Shown piece by piece: positions 25,880-39,050 of a stretch of DNA of 64,000 bases. The stretch lies in NCBI RefSeq assembly GCF_001194135.2, contig NC_068987.1, positions 50,270,102-50,334,101 on the forward strand, read 5' to 3'. The notes beneath the pieces are model-generated. The model saw only the letters and a list, made by a program, of their open reading frames with translations, was not told where the DNA came from and ran no database searches. The stretch comes from Octopus bimaculoides (taxonomy: Eukaryota). The translations under genes and the position numbers were made by a program. Each line of letters begins with the position of its first letter. Position 1 is the stretch's first letter.

Positions 25880-26460
25880 TTGAGTCATGATCACATCACA
25901 CTCCTCTGGAACTTCACCAGAAAGATAGATGCAAATAGGCCAGACATCATACTGAAAGGCTTCAGACAAAAATCATGCCTCCTCATTGATATGACTGTCC
26001 CAATCGATATAAACGTATCTGTCAAGACCTACCAAAAACTGAGCAAATATAAAGATCTTGAAATAGAAATTAGCAAAATGTGGAATCTGAAGACGAAAAC
26101 AATACCTATTGTCATAGGTGCCTTGGGAATGACAGCAAAACGGACTGATTACTACCTAGCTCAGATACCAGGAAACCCCAAAATGGCCGAAGTTCAAAAG
26201 ATAGTACTCATGGGAACTGCCCATATCCTACGTAAAATACTGTCTATGTGATCTCAAATTTTAAAACAAACACATAATTTTCTTATGGTTTCTTAAACAT
26301 TCACTAGAACAAAACTGTACAAATCCAAATATATGGTACCCTAGGCATAACACCTACATGAACTTCTAACTTGTTGTCTCTTGAGGTCTCTGGGTGAGAC
26401 TTGGATCCAACTTGTACAAATGCAAAGCAAAAGTCAAGCATAAAATAATAATAATATTTA
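25880..26460 (+). mobile_element. 5'-truncated non-LTR retrotransposon, restriction-like endonuclease (RLE) C-terminus plus 3' UTR; R4/Dong-like
   Basis: ORF 25880-26251 has ANRPDI...LIDMTVP.D.N...K..KYKDL..EI..MW......PIVIGALG, a PD-(D/E)xK RLE pattern; ends in a (TAA)n run. Confidence 0.82.
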
Positions 26461-26464
26461 TAAT

Positions 26465-26915
26465 AACTAGAGTATAACAAACCAGACCTAGTGGTTATGG
26501 GCAAGGTGTACCACATGGTATATAATTGATATTGTGTGCCCCTTTGACCCACGATTAATCAAGAAGGAAGGTGGAAGAATAGACATATACAATCCTCTTA
26601 AGTACAAAATAGCCCAGTTATGGAAAATGAAGAATGTGAAGATAGTGCAATTATTGTTGGATCCTTGGAGACAGTATCAGAAGGCATCGAGGAATATAAA
26701 GGAAATCTGAATAGAGTGCCCAGTAGAACTGTTACAAAAGGCTTACCTCCTTGGCACCAGAATAATAAAGGAAGTATTAGCTTGTTGAAAAGAACAGATA
26801 ACATGGTACTGTAAGTTGCAGGTAGCAAGCCTAGTACACATGCAAGACTCCAGGATTTCCAACAAAACCTGAGTTAAAAAGAATAATAATGATAATAATA
26901 ACAATAATAGTAATA
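26465..26915 (+). mobile_element. Second, frameshifted RLE-type LINE 3' fragment of a different family
   Basis: Across frameshifts: YNKPDLVVMGK / IIDIVCPFDPRLIKKE..IDIYNPLKYKIAQLWKMKNV / IIVGSLETVSEGIEEY / VELLQKAYLLGTRIIKEVL*; followed by a (TAA)n-like run. Confidence 0.75.
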
Positions 26916-28148
26916 TATTTGATAATGGCCAGTGATAACCCAGTTGAAATGTAGTATAGATATAAATATTAAAATCTGTGTCTTTTTATTTTTAAAAATT
27001 TTTTTTATTAAAGATGAAGTTAATGAGCTTACACGTCTGAAACCGCCACTTACCTACAAATTATTTGACCAGTTGTTTTTCTTTCTTTTTCCATTTCGTT
27101 TTTTCATTTTTTTTTTCTAATTCATTTCTGATTTTTAGGAAACAACATCATCAGCAGTAACAACAAATGCAACAATAATGTTATGAAATTTATTTTCTAA
27201 TTGATTTTTTAAATTTTTGTTTCAGATGCTACTTGTGTGTGTACATATATATATGTATGTGTTGTTTGCTTGTCTTTGTTGTAATTAATAATTTATGCTC
27301 ATTGGCAGAATTGGTAGTGTCGAGCAAAATATTTGGTGGTATTTTGTAGTAACTCTTAAGTCCTGAGTTCAAATCTCACCAGGGTTGAATTTTACCTCTC
27401 ATCCTTCCATGGTTAATAACATAAATACCTGTCTAGTAAGTACTGGGGTCAATGTAATTGACTATAGCCAACTCCTGAATTTAAGTCTTGTGTGCCTATG
27501 TTTCAAATTAATAATTATGTTATGCTGGTGTCACTTTAGTTTGTTGTCTGTTTGTGTTTTAAATGTGAATGTGAATTAAATGTGAATGTAATTAACATGC
27601 AATATTTGGTTGTAAATGACAATGTATTGTTGTTTGTGATTATCTTCTATTTACATGTTAGCTTGATAAAAAGGAGTGGAGGAACACAGCTCCTCATCTC
27701 CTTCTCCGACTAATTCAACTTTTTTAGTACTTAACTAGAATGTGAGTTAAACATATGGATAAGAAATGTGATTGAAACAACTTCATTCAAGAGCTATTCT
27801 CTGCTATTCCATTTTTGTGTGAGAGCAGGATTCAGCCCTTAAACTCCAAACTATTGACTTGTTCATTAGTTATTTCTCTGTTTTCACTGACCAGCTAGAC
27901 TGATTGACAGATAAGCAATTGGTTGAGAGAAGTCCAACTTATCTAAAGCACACCCTGACCCAATCTTATTGGAAGTAACAAGATGTCTATTGTAATTCTT
28001 GTCAGTGATACAAATACAAACGTCTGTGATAGCTATCTATTTTGAAGAACAGTTGAGAGAATGGCTAAAATATTGAACTATTGCTCTTTAATCCCTACAG
28101 CCAACACTGTTTTTGTCTCCTTGGAGAAAACAAACAAACTCACCTTAC

Positions 28149-28167
28149 TTTAGCATACACCAGCTGA

Positions 28168-28237
<70 letters not shown>
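28149..28237. repeat. (AT)n microsatellite, representative of many (AT)n/(AC)n/(ATT)n/(ACT)n tracts, most N-gaps being flanked by them
   Basis: Directly visible. Confidence 0.95.
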
Positions 28238-28240
<3 letters not shown>

Positions 28241-29305
28241 TGTGTGTTAGCTGGTGGCTTTAAGATTTTGACAGCATGATTGTTTATTTTTAGAATAACA
28301 TTCTAGGGTAAATGTGTGTGATAGGCCAGATCTGGCCATTTTTGAAGATGAAATGAGTAGAATATTTGAGCTGGATATGGCCAGTTTAAATGCTAAAGGG
28401 TTAATGTCAGCAGATTATTTAACTAATGCTAGTTTCTAGTAATATTTTCAAACATAAGCATACTGAGCAGTTATCCTGGAGCCCCATAAGTCTAGAGGGC
28501 CCAGTGTTAATCTATGTTTATTGGTGGTTGTGTAAGGACCTTCAGTGTATTATTTTGCATGGAGGATATATAATGTTAAGACAGCCCTGCTGGTTTCCAT
28601 GATCATTATAAAAGCATATATTTGCAACACCCTGTCTTATCCATAATTACATAGAAAAATTTCGTAAAAAGAGACAACAATAAATGCCATCATAAAATTA
28701 TGTCTGCCTTGTCTCCTGCTCATTGGCTCATAAATTATCAACTGCACTTTTTATCAAACCTTGAGAGATTAAAAGTTTAAGTTGAGACTGCATGATTTGA
28801 CCTCCAGGATAGTATTGGATATATTCATTCCTTAAAAGGATTTTCAATTTTTCCATTATGTATGTTCCAGTTCCATATTAACATGTTATATTTTACATGA
28901 AGTGAGCTGACAACTTTAGTCCACATGAAGAGAGCTGTATTTACCATCATAAACTTTATAAAGGTTCACCATCAGTTTGATGATGTAGAAATTTAATCAG
29001 TTTAAGCTTTGATAAGATACTGAAACATTTTTACACTTCCAAAGAGTTGATCCTTGAAATGCTACTGTATGAGGGAGAGAGAGAAAAAAAAGAAGAAACT
29101 GAACTAGCAGGGTTGAACAAATTAAATTGAATGTCTGTCATTGTAAATAACAAAGAACTTTCCTGTCTGTCTTGTTGTCTGTTTTAGTTGGTTGCTGTCT
29201 CTTTTAGTTCTCCTTTCATTTTGATCCTCCCACATTTTTTTCTTCCACCTTGCTTATTGTTATTGGTACTGCTCTAATACAACCTAACGTTTCTGTTCCC
29301 TTCAG

Positions 29306-29506
29306 CTAAGGGTGGCAGCCCTAAAGCTCCCCTGTCTCCACGCAGGGTTAGAGTGCCTGTTCAGATGGCACCTCCAACAACAACGCTCACCTTTCACAAT
29401 AGTGCTTATGACCCACTTACACCACTTATCAACCAGCTGTCGAGTTGTGTCCCCACACCTCCAAGTGGTCGTTCCAGAGATGACTGTACATACATATATA
29501 ATAGAG
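29306..29506 (+). CDS. VCL: Candidate alternative hinge exon, 201 nt (AKGGSPKAPLSPRRVRVPVQMAPPTTTLTFHNSAYDPLTPLINQLSSCVPTPPSGRSRDDCTYIYNR)
   Basis: cctaac branch-like motif, tttctgttcccttcag acceptor, open phase-1 frame, GAG|gtagta donor; an alternative in-phase donor follows 29485 (180 nt). GC-richer island in an AT-rich intron. No transcript evidence. Confidence 0.7.
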
Positions 29507-29653
29507 GTAGTAAACTAGTCAAGTGTTGTTTGCATGAAGTTTCAGCTCAGTCACCAAATGTCTTTTTCTCTCCCTTCTTTCAGTTGCACTCACTCCTCAA
29601 GTTCACTTGTCCACTAGGTTAATTCAAATTAGCAATTGTATTATCATTTTTAT

Positions 29654-29701
<48 letters not shown>

Positions 29702-31542
29702 ACATTAGGTATATTCTTAATTACTTTTTATGTACATTATATCATATTATCATAGTTGTATCACAGAGGAAATTTTTCCATGCCTAAATGCAAATGTTTT
29801 TTTTATACCTTGTTTAACAACAACATTTCAGATGAAAGAATCCCTAATCTTCATCACATATTAAGTAGTAAGACATGCTGAGGATATCAGGGCAAGAGAA
29901 TTTGGAAATAGCTTGAAAATTTATCTACTTTCGAGTATGATGAGTCTCACAACTTATTGGATCGTGGTCACCTTTGACCAGTTTGTCTTCATACAGCATA
30001 TCTTAGGAAGCCCATAAATTATAGCTAATATAACTCACTAATACAAGCTACTAAATCACAGAATGATCTGGTTGAGTAAGCTTTGGGATACCATGAAAAG
30101 ACCAGCGAGAGCCATTTTCAAACAAAAGCCAAAGAGAATGGGGTGTAGGAAGTGAAACAAATCTTTCAAGATTGAGTTGAGGACTGGTGAAGGAGTTGGG
30201 AAATATGAGCATGATTGGGCCTGGGAGCAAACTCATAACAGGACTTGCAGCAGTGCTGGGTGGAGATCTTGTCATCCAGTCCAGTACTACATGGAGAGCA
30301 GGAGGGATTAAAAATAGAAAAAGCTACTAATTTTAGAGTCTTCAAGCTATAAACTATACTTATTTTTAGTAGATTGCTGGACTTGATGAAACTTGAATGT
30401 GTGATATTGTATCCAAGGAAGAAATCATTGCATATATTTATTTATTTTATGTGACTATGGACAAGTGAGCCAATAGTTTCCTAACTTCAGCTAAGTTTTG
30501 TTTCCCCATGATGAATTTAAAAAAAAAATTTTGTACTTAAAATTTTTTTTGAATGCATGTCGCATGGTGTTGAAAATGAGAAATTCCATAATTTTTCCTT
30601 TTATCATATTATTTCAGAAGTATGTTTAATTAATAACTCATTCTGTTTATGTAAAACGTTTATCTCTCATGATATTTCAATTGAGCAAGCCTTTTACAAT
30701 AATTATTAATGCTTAATACATGATAAAATAATAATAGTAGAATATAAACATATATACAAATTCATGTACATGGACCTTATAGGGAAAGGTGCAAAGGCTA
30801 AATGTACTGAAGTGTACTTTCAGTATTTCTGGCAATATTTGTTCATTTTCAAGTATGATGAATCTCACAATCTATTGGGTTGTAGAGTCACCTCCGATTT
30901 TAATCTCCATGCAGCATATCTTATGATACACATAAATTACAGCCAATGTCAACACAAGCTTCCATATCATGGAATGAGCCAGTTGAGTAACCTACAGGAT
31001 ACCATCACTGTGGAATGGCAGAAGATGCTCATCCATGTGGTACACATGTCCATGAACAGATCAGTGGTAGGCTGTTTCAAATGGAAGCAAGGCAGGGAGT
31101 GCAGGAGGTGAAACAGATCTCCCAAGATAAGGTTGAGGACTGTGGAAGAAGACCTTATTAATATGGGTGGTACCTAGCCTGGGAGCAGGTTCATAACAAG
31201 TAGAGTTTGCAACCATGCTGATAACTCTTCTCATCCAGCTCGTAATGATTAGTAGATTGTTAATCAATTTCTCTGTTTCTTTTCATGCCAATAAATAATT
31301 ACCTGTAGTCCTTTATGTGGCTGAAGACAATCATGTACAGAGGACTTATAATAATTTGTAAATGAAACCAAAATCTTTTTGGGTACTCAAGCAATATTTT
31401 CAAAACCTAATTATGGGTAACAGTAAAAGAAAAGAAAAAAAAAATTTAATGTCCTTGTTGCATTTATATATTCTTAATTATGACACAAGAATTTCAAGGG
31501 TAGCAGGTTGCCTGTAAACTATAAGTTAGGTCTCTTGTCTCA

Positions 31543-31583
<41 letters not shown>

Positions 31584-34500
31584 NNNNNNNNNNNNNNNNN
31601 NNNNNNNNNNNNNNNNNNNNNNNNNNNNNNNNNNNNNNNNNNNNNNNNNNNNNNNNNNNNNNNNNNNNNNNNNNNNNNNNNNNNNNNNNNNNNNNNNNNN
31701 NNNNNNNNNNNNNNNNNNNNNNNNNNNNNNNNNNNNNNNNNNNNNNNNNNNNNNNNNNNNNNNNNNNNNNNNNNNNNNNNNNNNNNNNNNNNNNNNNNNN
31801 NNNNNNNNNNNNNNNNNNNNNNNNNNNNNNNNNNNNNNNNNNNNNNNNNNNNNNNNNNNNNNNNATATATATATATATATATATATACATACATATGCAC
31901 ACATATACAAACATGCACACAGATATGTATATTATAAATATTATACATTATATCTATATGCATGTGTGTGCATGTGTGTTGCTTCACATTTATCTAATGC
32001 ATATGTTTAAAGTACATATACACAACGACTAGAAGGCTATGATAATTTATTTAAGAAATAACATTTAATGATTTAAATAACTCCTGGCTATCCCATCAAA
32101 AATTTATAAGGAGACAATGATATTTTATGCATATAAATGTATACAAAAGAAAAAAAGAGAATGAAAAGGAAGATATTCCTTCTTTCTCGCTGTACAGAAT
32201 TAAAAATATTACTATTTTATGTTAATTTATTGTAATTTAAAACAAACTGGTCCAGCAGTATTTTAAGTTAGAGCAATTTCATTCTTTTTCCTTTCTTATA
32301 TCCTGAACTATGCATTAGATAAAATTGAAAATATGCTGTTCTTGCAAATGGTATTAACATTTAAGCATATTTCAAAGTATTTTTAATACCATTTGCATCA
32401 ATAATATAATGATTACTGCAGAATGGTTTGCATTCTTCATGTATTCATGTTTTCAATGTTTAAAATAACTTTCCTTGTGTGACTGGGTTTCAAACCCTCC
32501 CTACCTTTTTCATTGAAAATTCATTTAATATTGATATTTCTCTTGTTTATTTCAAACAGTGTTTCTTCCTATCTATCTATCTATCTATCAATAGATAGAT
32601 ACACACACACAACATAAATAAATGATAAATCCATACCCATATGTTTATAGATACATACACACACACATATATCATCATCACTTAATCTATGTTCTATGTT
32701 GGCATGGGTCAGGTGTTTTGACAGGATCTGACAAGGAGCCAGACTACATCGAGCTGCAGTATTAGCTTTGGCATGGTTTCTATTGCTGGATGCTCTTCCT
32801 AATGCCAAGCCCTTTACAGTGTGTAGTGGGTGTTTTTTGTGACACTGACGCTAGTGGAGTTGCTAAGTAACTTGCAAGACAAACAGAAAACACTTTCCTG
32901 CAATTGAGTAGGAATCAACACCTGGCTTTGTGCCAGGTGTTGACAGGCTGAAGTATGATGCAGACACACATACACAAAACCATTAAAGGAGTGTCATCAG
33001 ATCTTTACAACAGTTGTGAGTCCAAGAAGCAATATATGGTATATTTATTCAGTGTGGAAATATACTATTTGAATCTGTTAGGCCTAAGGATGGAGAATTT
33101 GATTAAAATATTTTCTCAAGATATCTTCTTCTGTGAGAGGGTTCATAAATACATGCACACAGGCCCACACATATAATCATGTATAATTATTTACAATTAT
33201 TTCTCATCTGATAATCATTTGAAACACTTCCTCTTCATTAAGGCATTTTATCATAAACATCTTGGGAAACAGAGTGGGAGGTGGCATCAGGAAGGGCATC
33301 TAGCCATAGAAAACTGTAATTAATCTTGTCGGATTTCTGCAAGCATGGAAAGGTAAACATCAAAGTGATGATGATGATGGTAATGATGATGCATTATGGA
33401 AGAGAGCGCAAAGGTCTTGAAGGGTCATTGTAAAATGTTCACTCACAAACTTTATTTTGGTTGTACCTTGTAGAAAGCACTGGTGCTGATGCCATGTAAA
33501 AATCACCCAGTACACTCTGTGGAGTGTTTGGTGTTAGGAAGAGCATCCAGTCATAGAAACCAAGTCAAAGCAAACTATGGAACTTGGTGTGGCCCCAGCC
33601 CTTGACAATTCCTGTCAAGCAGCCCAACCCATGCCAGCGTGGGAAATGGATGTTAAATGTTGATGATGATGATGGTATATATAGAAACCATGAACTAGGC
33701 ATGTGCTAGTGAGAGATTTTTATAAATGCAGTTATTTTAATAACTGCATCATACAATAATAATCAACCTGACAATAATCATATAGTACAACTAAGATTTT
33801 AAGCAAATAATTAATAATTATTTTACTATCATACATGGTTGATAATTTATGATATTGCTTCAAAGGTTAAAATTTTATATAAATTCTGTGATTTCTGTGG
33901 TTAAGATGCTAACCACCTCACAATACATTTTGACTGAAACTAATTTCCTCATGGCTGGAGGGAATTCATATGGATTATTCCGAATGGTTCCCTCTACAGC
34001 ATAAATCTGCTGAAGCAAGCTGATCAGATCTGCTTAACAAGAACAAACAACTGCAACTGCAAAAGAATAAATGCCCTCTCACTGTATTTGAACTGTTACT
34101 CTGTACATCCTAAACCTTCTCGTGTAGTACTCATAAATTATTAAATAACATACCAATCATGATATAGAAGATCTTCATTTGCGGTTTTTTAAAGTATTTT
34201 TTCAACTATTATTAACTTCTATTTCGGTATGTGAATATTTTGTATGTTTTCAGGAACACTGGTACTTTTATTCTGCACTTGCTTCATACTCACAAATGAG
34301 TTCTTTCTTTCTTTCTTTTTTGATCCTGTTTCCTTCCCTCTTATTTTGTATTCAATTCATTACTTTCAACTTACTAATTGTACTTAATTATTATTTATTT
34401 CATAATCATTTATGTTTTTTTGTAACTATTTTCCAAATTATTTTTATAACTTAATAATGATAATATTAAAAGTAAAGAACAAACTGCACGATATGAATTA

Positions 34501-35010
34501 ATTACTAAGATTCTAATGTGAATCATAGGTATAATTAGTACAAAAGTAGAAAATTTAGACAGAAATGGGCAACAGACCTACTGACAAGGTATCTGTTACA
34601 CATCTATTCCTTGTGTGCTGCTCTTTCTGTCCCAAATTTGTGTTTATAATGTCTAATGGTCAGCTGTGAAGTATATTAAAAATTTGATCTTTCTTTTTTC
34701 CAGTATTAAGAAATACTTTTCTTGTTTTAAAATTCTAGAAGATAAATAAAAATTATAGTAGCTAAAATTCTGTATGAAATGCTAAATATGAGCACAAATT
34801 TATAAATAACTGAAAGGCCAACTTGCTACAAGCTACTGATCACTTTTGTAGGACAAGAGAGAAAATAACAAGAGGGAGAGAAGGGGAGGAAAACGAAAGG
34901 GTAATAGAATAATAGAATAGAATAGAATTGCATGAGAATTATTAAGATAAAACTAACTTGGAAAAGGATGCATGGCATTCAATCATATAATAATATATAT
35001 ATATATATAT

Positions 35011-35835
35011 ATATGCATATATACATACGTATATGTACATACTTACATCTACACATATATACACATGCATTTGTGGGCACAGGATGTTATGGAACGTAAA
35101 CAGCATAAAAAAACGAAGACATGAGATATGAAATACGAATACATGGAATATGAAGGTTTTTTTTTGCAACAACGAAATAAACAAATGGAAACAAGTAACA
35201 TAATGAATGACCTTTCATCTGTTGGTTTTTTTTCCTCTCCCTTTCACCATTCTCTGTCTGTCACTCTCCCTCACTCTTCCTCCTTTGCTCTCTCTCGTGG
35301 CTCCCACGTGACCATCGGTCATCTTTCTTTTCCTAACTTGTGTTTCTTTCTTTCTTTCTTTCTGATTCAGCTGGACGAATCAGATGCATTCCTGTCTCTG
35401 TCTCTTGTCCAAGCTTGCTTCTTTGCATTTGCCACCTCACCTTGTTTAGGCTTTTCAGCCTTTCCTGTTTGTTTTCACTGTCCTGTTTTTGTTACCACTT
35501 TTGACCCTCCACAAAATCCCAAATTTTATTTAATTTGCTTTGCGGGAGCAACTGTTTTATCGAAGGCATATCTTGTCAGTGAATTAATTGAAATACGGAT
35601 TAGAAAAACAGCTGACAACTAATGATGGGTTGTTCATTGTTACTTATCTTGTTTTCCATTTGTTTCTTTTGTTGTTGCAAAAAACGTTGTTATTCTATAT
35701 ATTCGTATTTCATTTCTCATGTTTTCAGTTTTTTATGTTGTTTACATTCTGTGACATCCTGTGCCCACTTTATGCATATGTATATACGTATAGATGTAAG
35801 TATGTACATATACGTATGTATATATGCGCATATAT
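35011..35835. repeat. Long imperfect inverted repeat (arms about 35011-35207 and 35633-35835)
   Basis: CATACGTATATGTACATACTTACATCTA...GTGGGCACAGGATGT...TTGCAACAAC in the left arm is reverse-complemented in the right arm; roughly 80% identity by eye. Confidence 0.85.
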
Positions 35836-35860
35836 ATTATTTACATTATACGTACATACA

Positions 35861-35891
<31 letters not shown>

Positions 35892-37561
35892 GGGTGCAGG
35901 CATGGCTGTATAATTCAGAAGTTCACTTTCTAACTGTATTGTCTCAGGTTCAGTCCCACTGTGTGGTACCTTGGGCAAGTGTATTCTATTATAGCCCTGA
36001 GCTGACTAAAACTTTCTGGACAGATTTTGGTTGAAAGAAACTGAAAGAAGACTATCATTCATCATCATCATCATCATCATCATATATATATATATATATA
36101 TATGTATATGTATACACACACACACACACACATGCATACATACATACATACATGTTCATATTTTACACATGCAAACACTTGTTTGAAAGTGTGGCAGTAA
36201 GTGGTGTTGACCATTTACCCTGTCAATAATTTGTCTGGGCACTTTGCAACTTTCAAACCATGTGGAATAAGTGATCCTTTACTTGAAAAACAGGTAAGGA
36301 TTAGTGTCAGGTAGAGCATCTGGCTGCAGTATAATGCTTCAGATAACAAGCATGGAAAAATGAATGTAAAACAAACTTGTTGAGGCTACAATACAAGTGT
36401 CTAGGACTGGTTGCTATTGGAAACTTTTGTATTTTAATGACTTCGCTCTTGTAGTAGAATCTGTCACAGAGTTTTAGAAATGTCTCCAACTCTGGAAGCA
36501 TGGCTTACTGTCCAAAAACATTAAAAAAAAGTCAATATGACAAATATTTAAGTGCTCTTGAGTGAGAAGGTCCTGTACACAAAGTTGTTTTACTCAGTCC
36601 ATATGAAGAAAAGTTGCAATGAAATGTTTGGCCAGTTGACTGTAACATAATTTCATATATGATAGACATACAAGGAGTTGTTAGCAGTAAATACAGATAT
36701 GAGACGAAGTCCATGATCAAACTCAGCTGACATGCTAGATGTGGTTGAGAGTTTCTGTTGCACATGTGATATAATTTTTGCTACATGTAAGTATTGCAAA
36801 TGATTATTAGAGTAAGGAAAGAAGGTAGGATTGTTGTTGAGAGAGATATTACTTGTAGCATTCAAAGATTAGAAAGGATAGGTAACAAATGACAGAGACA
36901 TATTGGTAATATGCTCTGCAGCAGAAGTGTTCAAACTATGCCAACATTAAAAACAGAAGATAAGTAAAATAACAATCAGGAGTAACTTGATGAAATGTTA
37001 ATATTAATGTAATTCTAAACTTTGGATGCTTCTGTATTTCATTACTGTTACACTCGAGTTCATATAAATGTATATATCCAGGCATATGTATAGAGATACA
37101 CATAGCTAAGCAAACTAACATATATTTAGATACACACACAAGCATACATACATATACATTGTTGAGCTCTTTCCCCTTTCCTATTCCCTTTGTATGTGTG
37201 TGTATGTATTTTTGTGNNNNNNNNNNNNNNNNNNNNNNNNNNNNNNNNNNNNNNNNNNNNNNNNNNNNNNNNNNNNNNNNNNNNNNNNNNNNNNNNNNNN
37301 NNNNNNNNNNNNNNNNNNNNNNNNNNNNNNNNNNNNNNNNNNNNNNNNNNNNNNNNNNNNNNNNNNNNNNNNNNNNNNNNNNNNNNNNNNNNNNNNNNNN
37401 NNNNNNNNNNNNNNNNNNNNNNNNNNNNNNNNNNNNNNNNNNNNNNNNNNNNNNNNNNNNNNNNNNNNNNNNNNNNNNNNNNNNNNNNNNNNNNNNNNNN
37501 NNNNNNNNNNNNNNNNNNNNNNNNNNNNNNNNNNNNNNNNNNNNNNNNNNNNNNNNNNNNN

Positions 37562-37641
<80 letters not shown>

Positions 37642-38139
37642 TAGATAGATGTGGCTATATCAATAAATAGGTGCATATGTATATATACACAATATCTTAT
37701 CCATAACTACAAGTTGAACAAAATACAAGTTTTGTTGGATTTGTTGTTGGGGGATAAAACTTTATATATGCATGTGTGTATACTTACACACATGCATTTA
37801 ATACTTTCGTTGGTAGTAATTTCAAAGTTCGGCCTTGGATATTTGTTTGTTTGCATCCATACATTTTAAATGTTTTAATAATAATATTTTAATAAATTAT
37901 ATACTACACAGCATTATAAAACAACAGCAATTATTATTATTATTATTATTGCAACAATAATCTAAAACTTACTTTTCCAGTATATCTTGTGAAATAAAGT
38001 AGTAAATGTAAAACAAAATTTTAAAAATACATACAAATAAAATAACAAAATGTTCTTCCAATGAATTTAATAAATTGCTTTTATTAATTTTAATATTTTT
38101 CTTTTCATTTCATAAATTTGATTTGGTTACTTTTTACAG

Positions 38140-38184
38140 TCCCTGATCAACATGCTATGGATGGAAGAAGTGAGGTCCTAGAAG
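38140..38184 (+). CDS. VCL: Candidate alternative hinge exon, 45 nt (VPDQHAMDGRSEVLE)
   Basis: tactttttacag acceptor, GAAG|gtattt donor, symmetric phase 1, no stop codon. Confidence 0.68.
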
Positions 38185-38268
38185 GTATTTTAGTAAAAAA
38201 ACTAATCTATGTTTTACTTGCACTAATCTATGTACATGATGAGGTACACACACACACACACACACACG

Positions 38269-38321
<53 letters not shown>

Positions 38322-38706
38322 AAGTATTTGTATTCCAACATACTTATATAGTTATCTACATAAATGCATGTGTAGAAACTCCATCAAACTGATACTCACA
38401 TGCAAAATGAACCATATGGAATGAAAGATGAACCATATGGAATGAAACATCTGTATGTCATTGGATTAAACTGGCTTATGTTTGTACAACATGTATCCCA
38501 CTCTCTAAACATCAGTAACTGAAATCTAGTGACAAGCATTGCCAGATGACTGGCAGCTACACCAACTGCATGTTTGATTTCAGAGTACCTTCTCTTGGAC
38601 TTTTCCCATCAGAGATTTGAACAAAGTATATTTGCACACAAATGGATAACTGTTGACTCTCAGGAGTTCATTCTCATTTTAACAAGCCTTGTTTTTTATC
38701 CTGCAA

Positions 38707-39050
38707 CATCATCATCATCATATGTCCACTTTCCATGCTGGTATAGGTTGGACAGTTTGACTGAGGACTGGTGAGCCAGAGGCTGCACCAGGCTCAATCT
38801 GATCTGGCAAAGTTTCTACAGCTGGACGCCCTTCCTAATGCCAACCACTCCGAGAGTGTAGTGGGTGCTTTTTACATGCCACCGGGACGAGGGCCAGTCA
38901 GGCGGTTCTGGCAACAACTATGCTCAAAAGGTGTTTTTACGTGCTACTTGCACTGGAGCCAGTCTGGTGGCACTGGCAACGACCACACTCGAATGTTGTT
39001 TTTCACGTACCACTGGCACATGTACCGGTAAGGCGAAGCTGGCAATGATC
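38707..39050 (-). mobile_element. (GAT)n-tailed retroposon copy, minus strand
   Basis: Reverse complement of the 10655/42785 family. Confidence 0.75.

Noticed and set aside
27044-27055. Perfect AG/GTAAGT donor on the minus strand
   Set aside because: No matching upstream acceptor or ORF on the minus strand; expected by chance.
27014-27240. Three acceptor-like sites (after 27013, 27138, 27225) with short phase-1 readings such as DEVNELT
   Set aside because: Only weak donors (gtctga, gtaaca, gtgtgt) or low-complexity content. Not supportable without RNA data, though 27014-27034 merits a glance in junction data.
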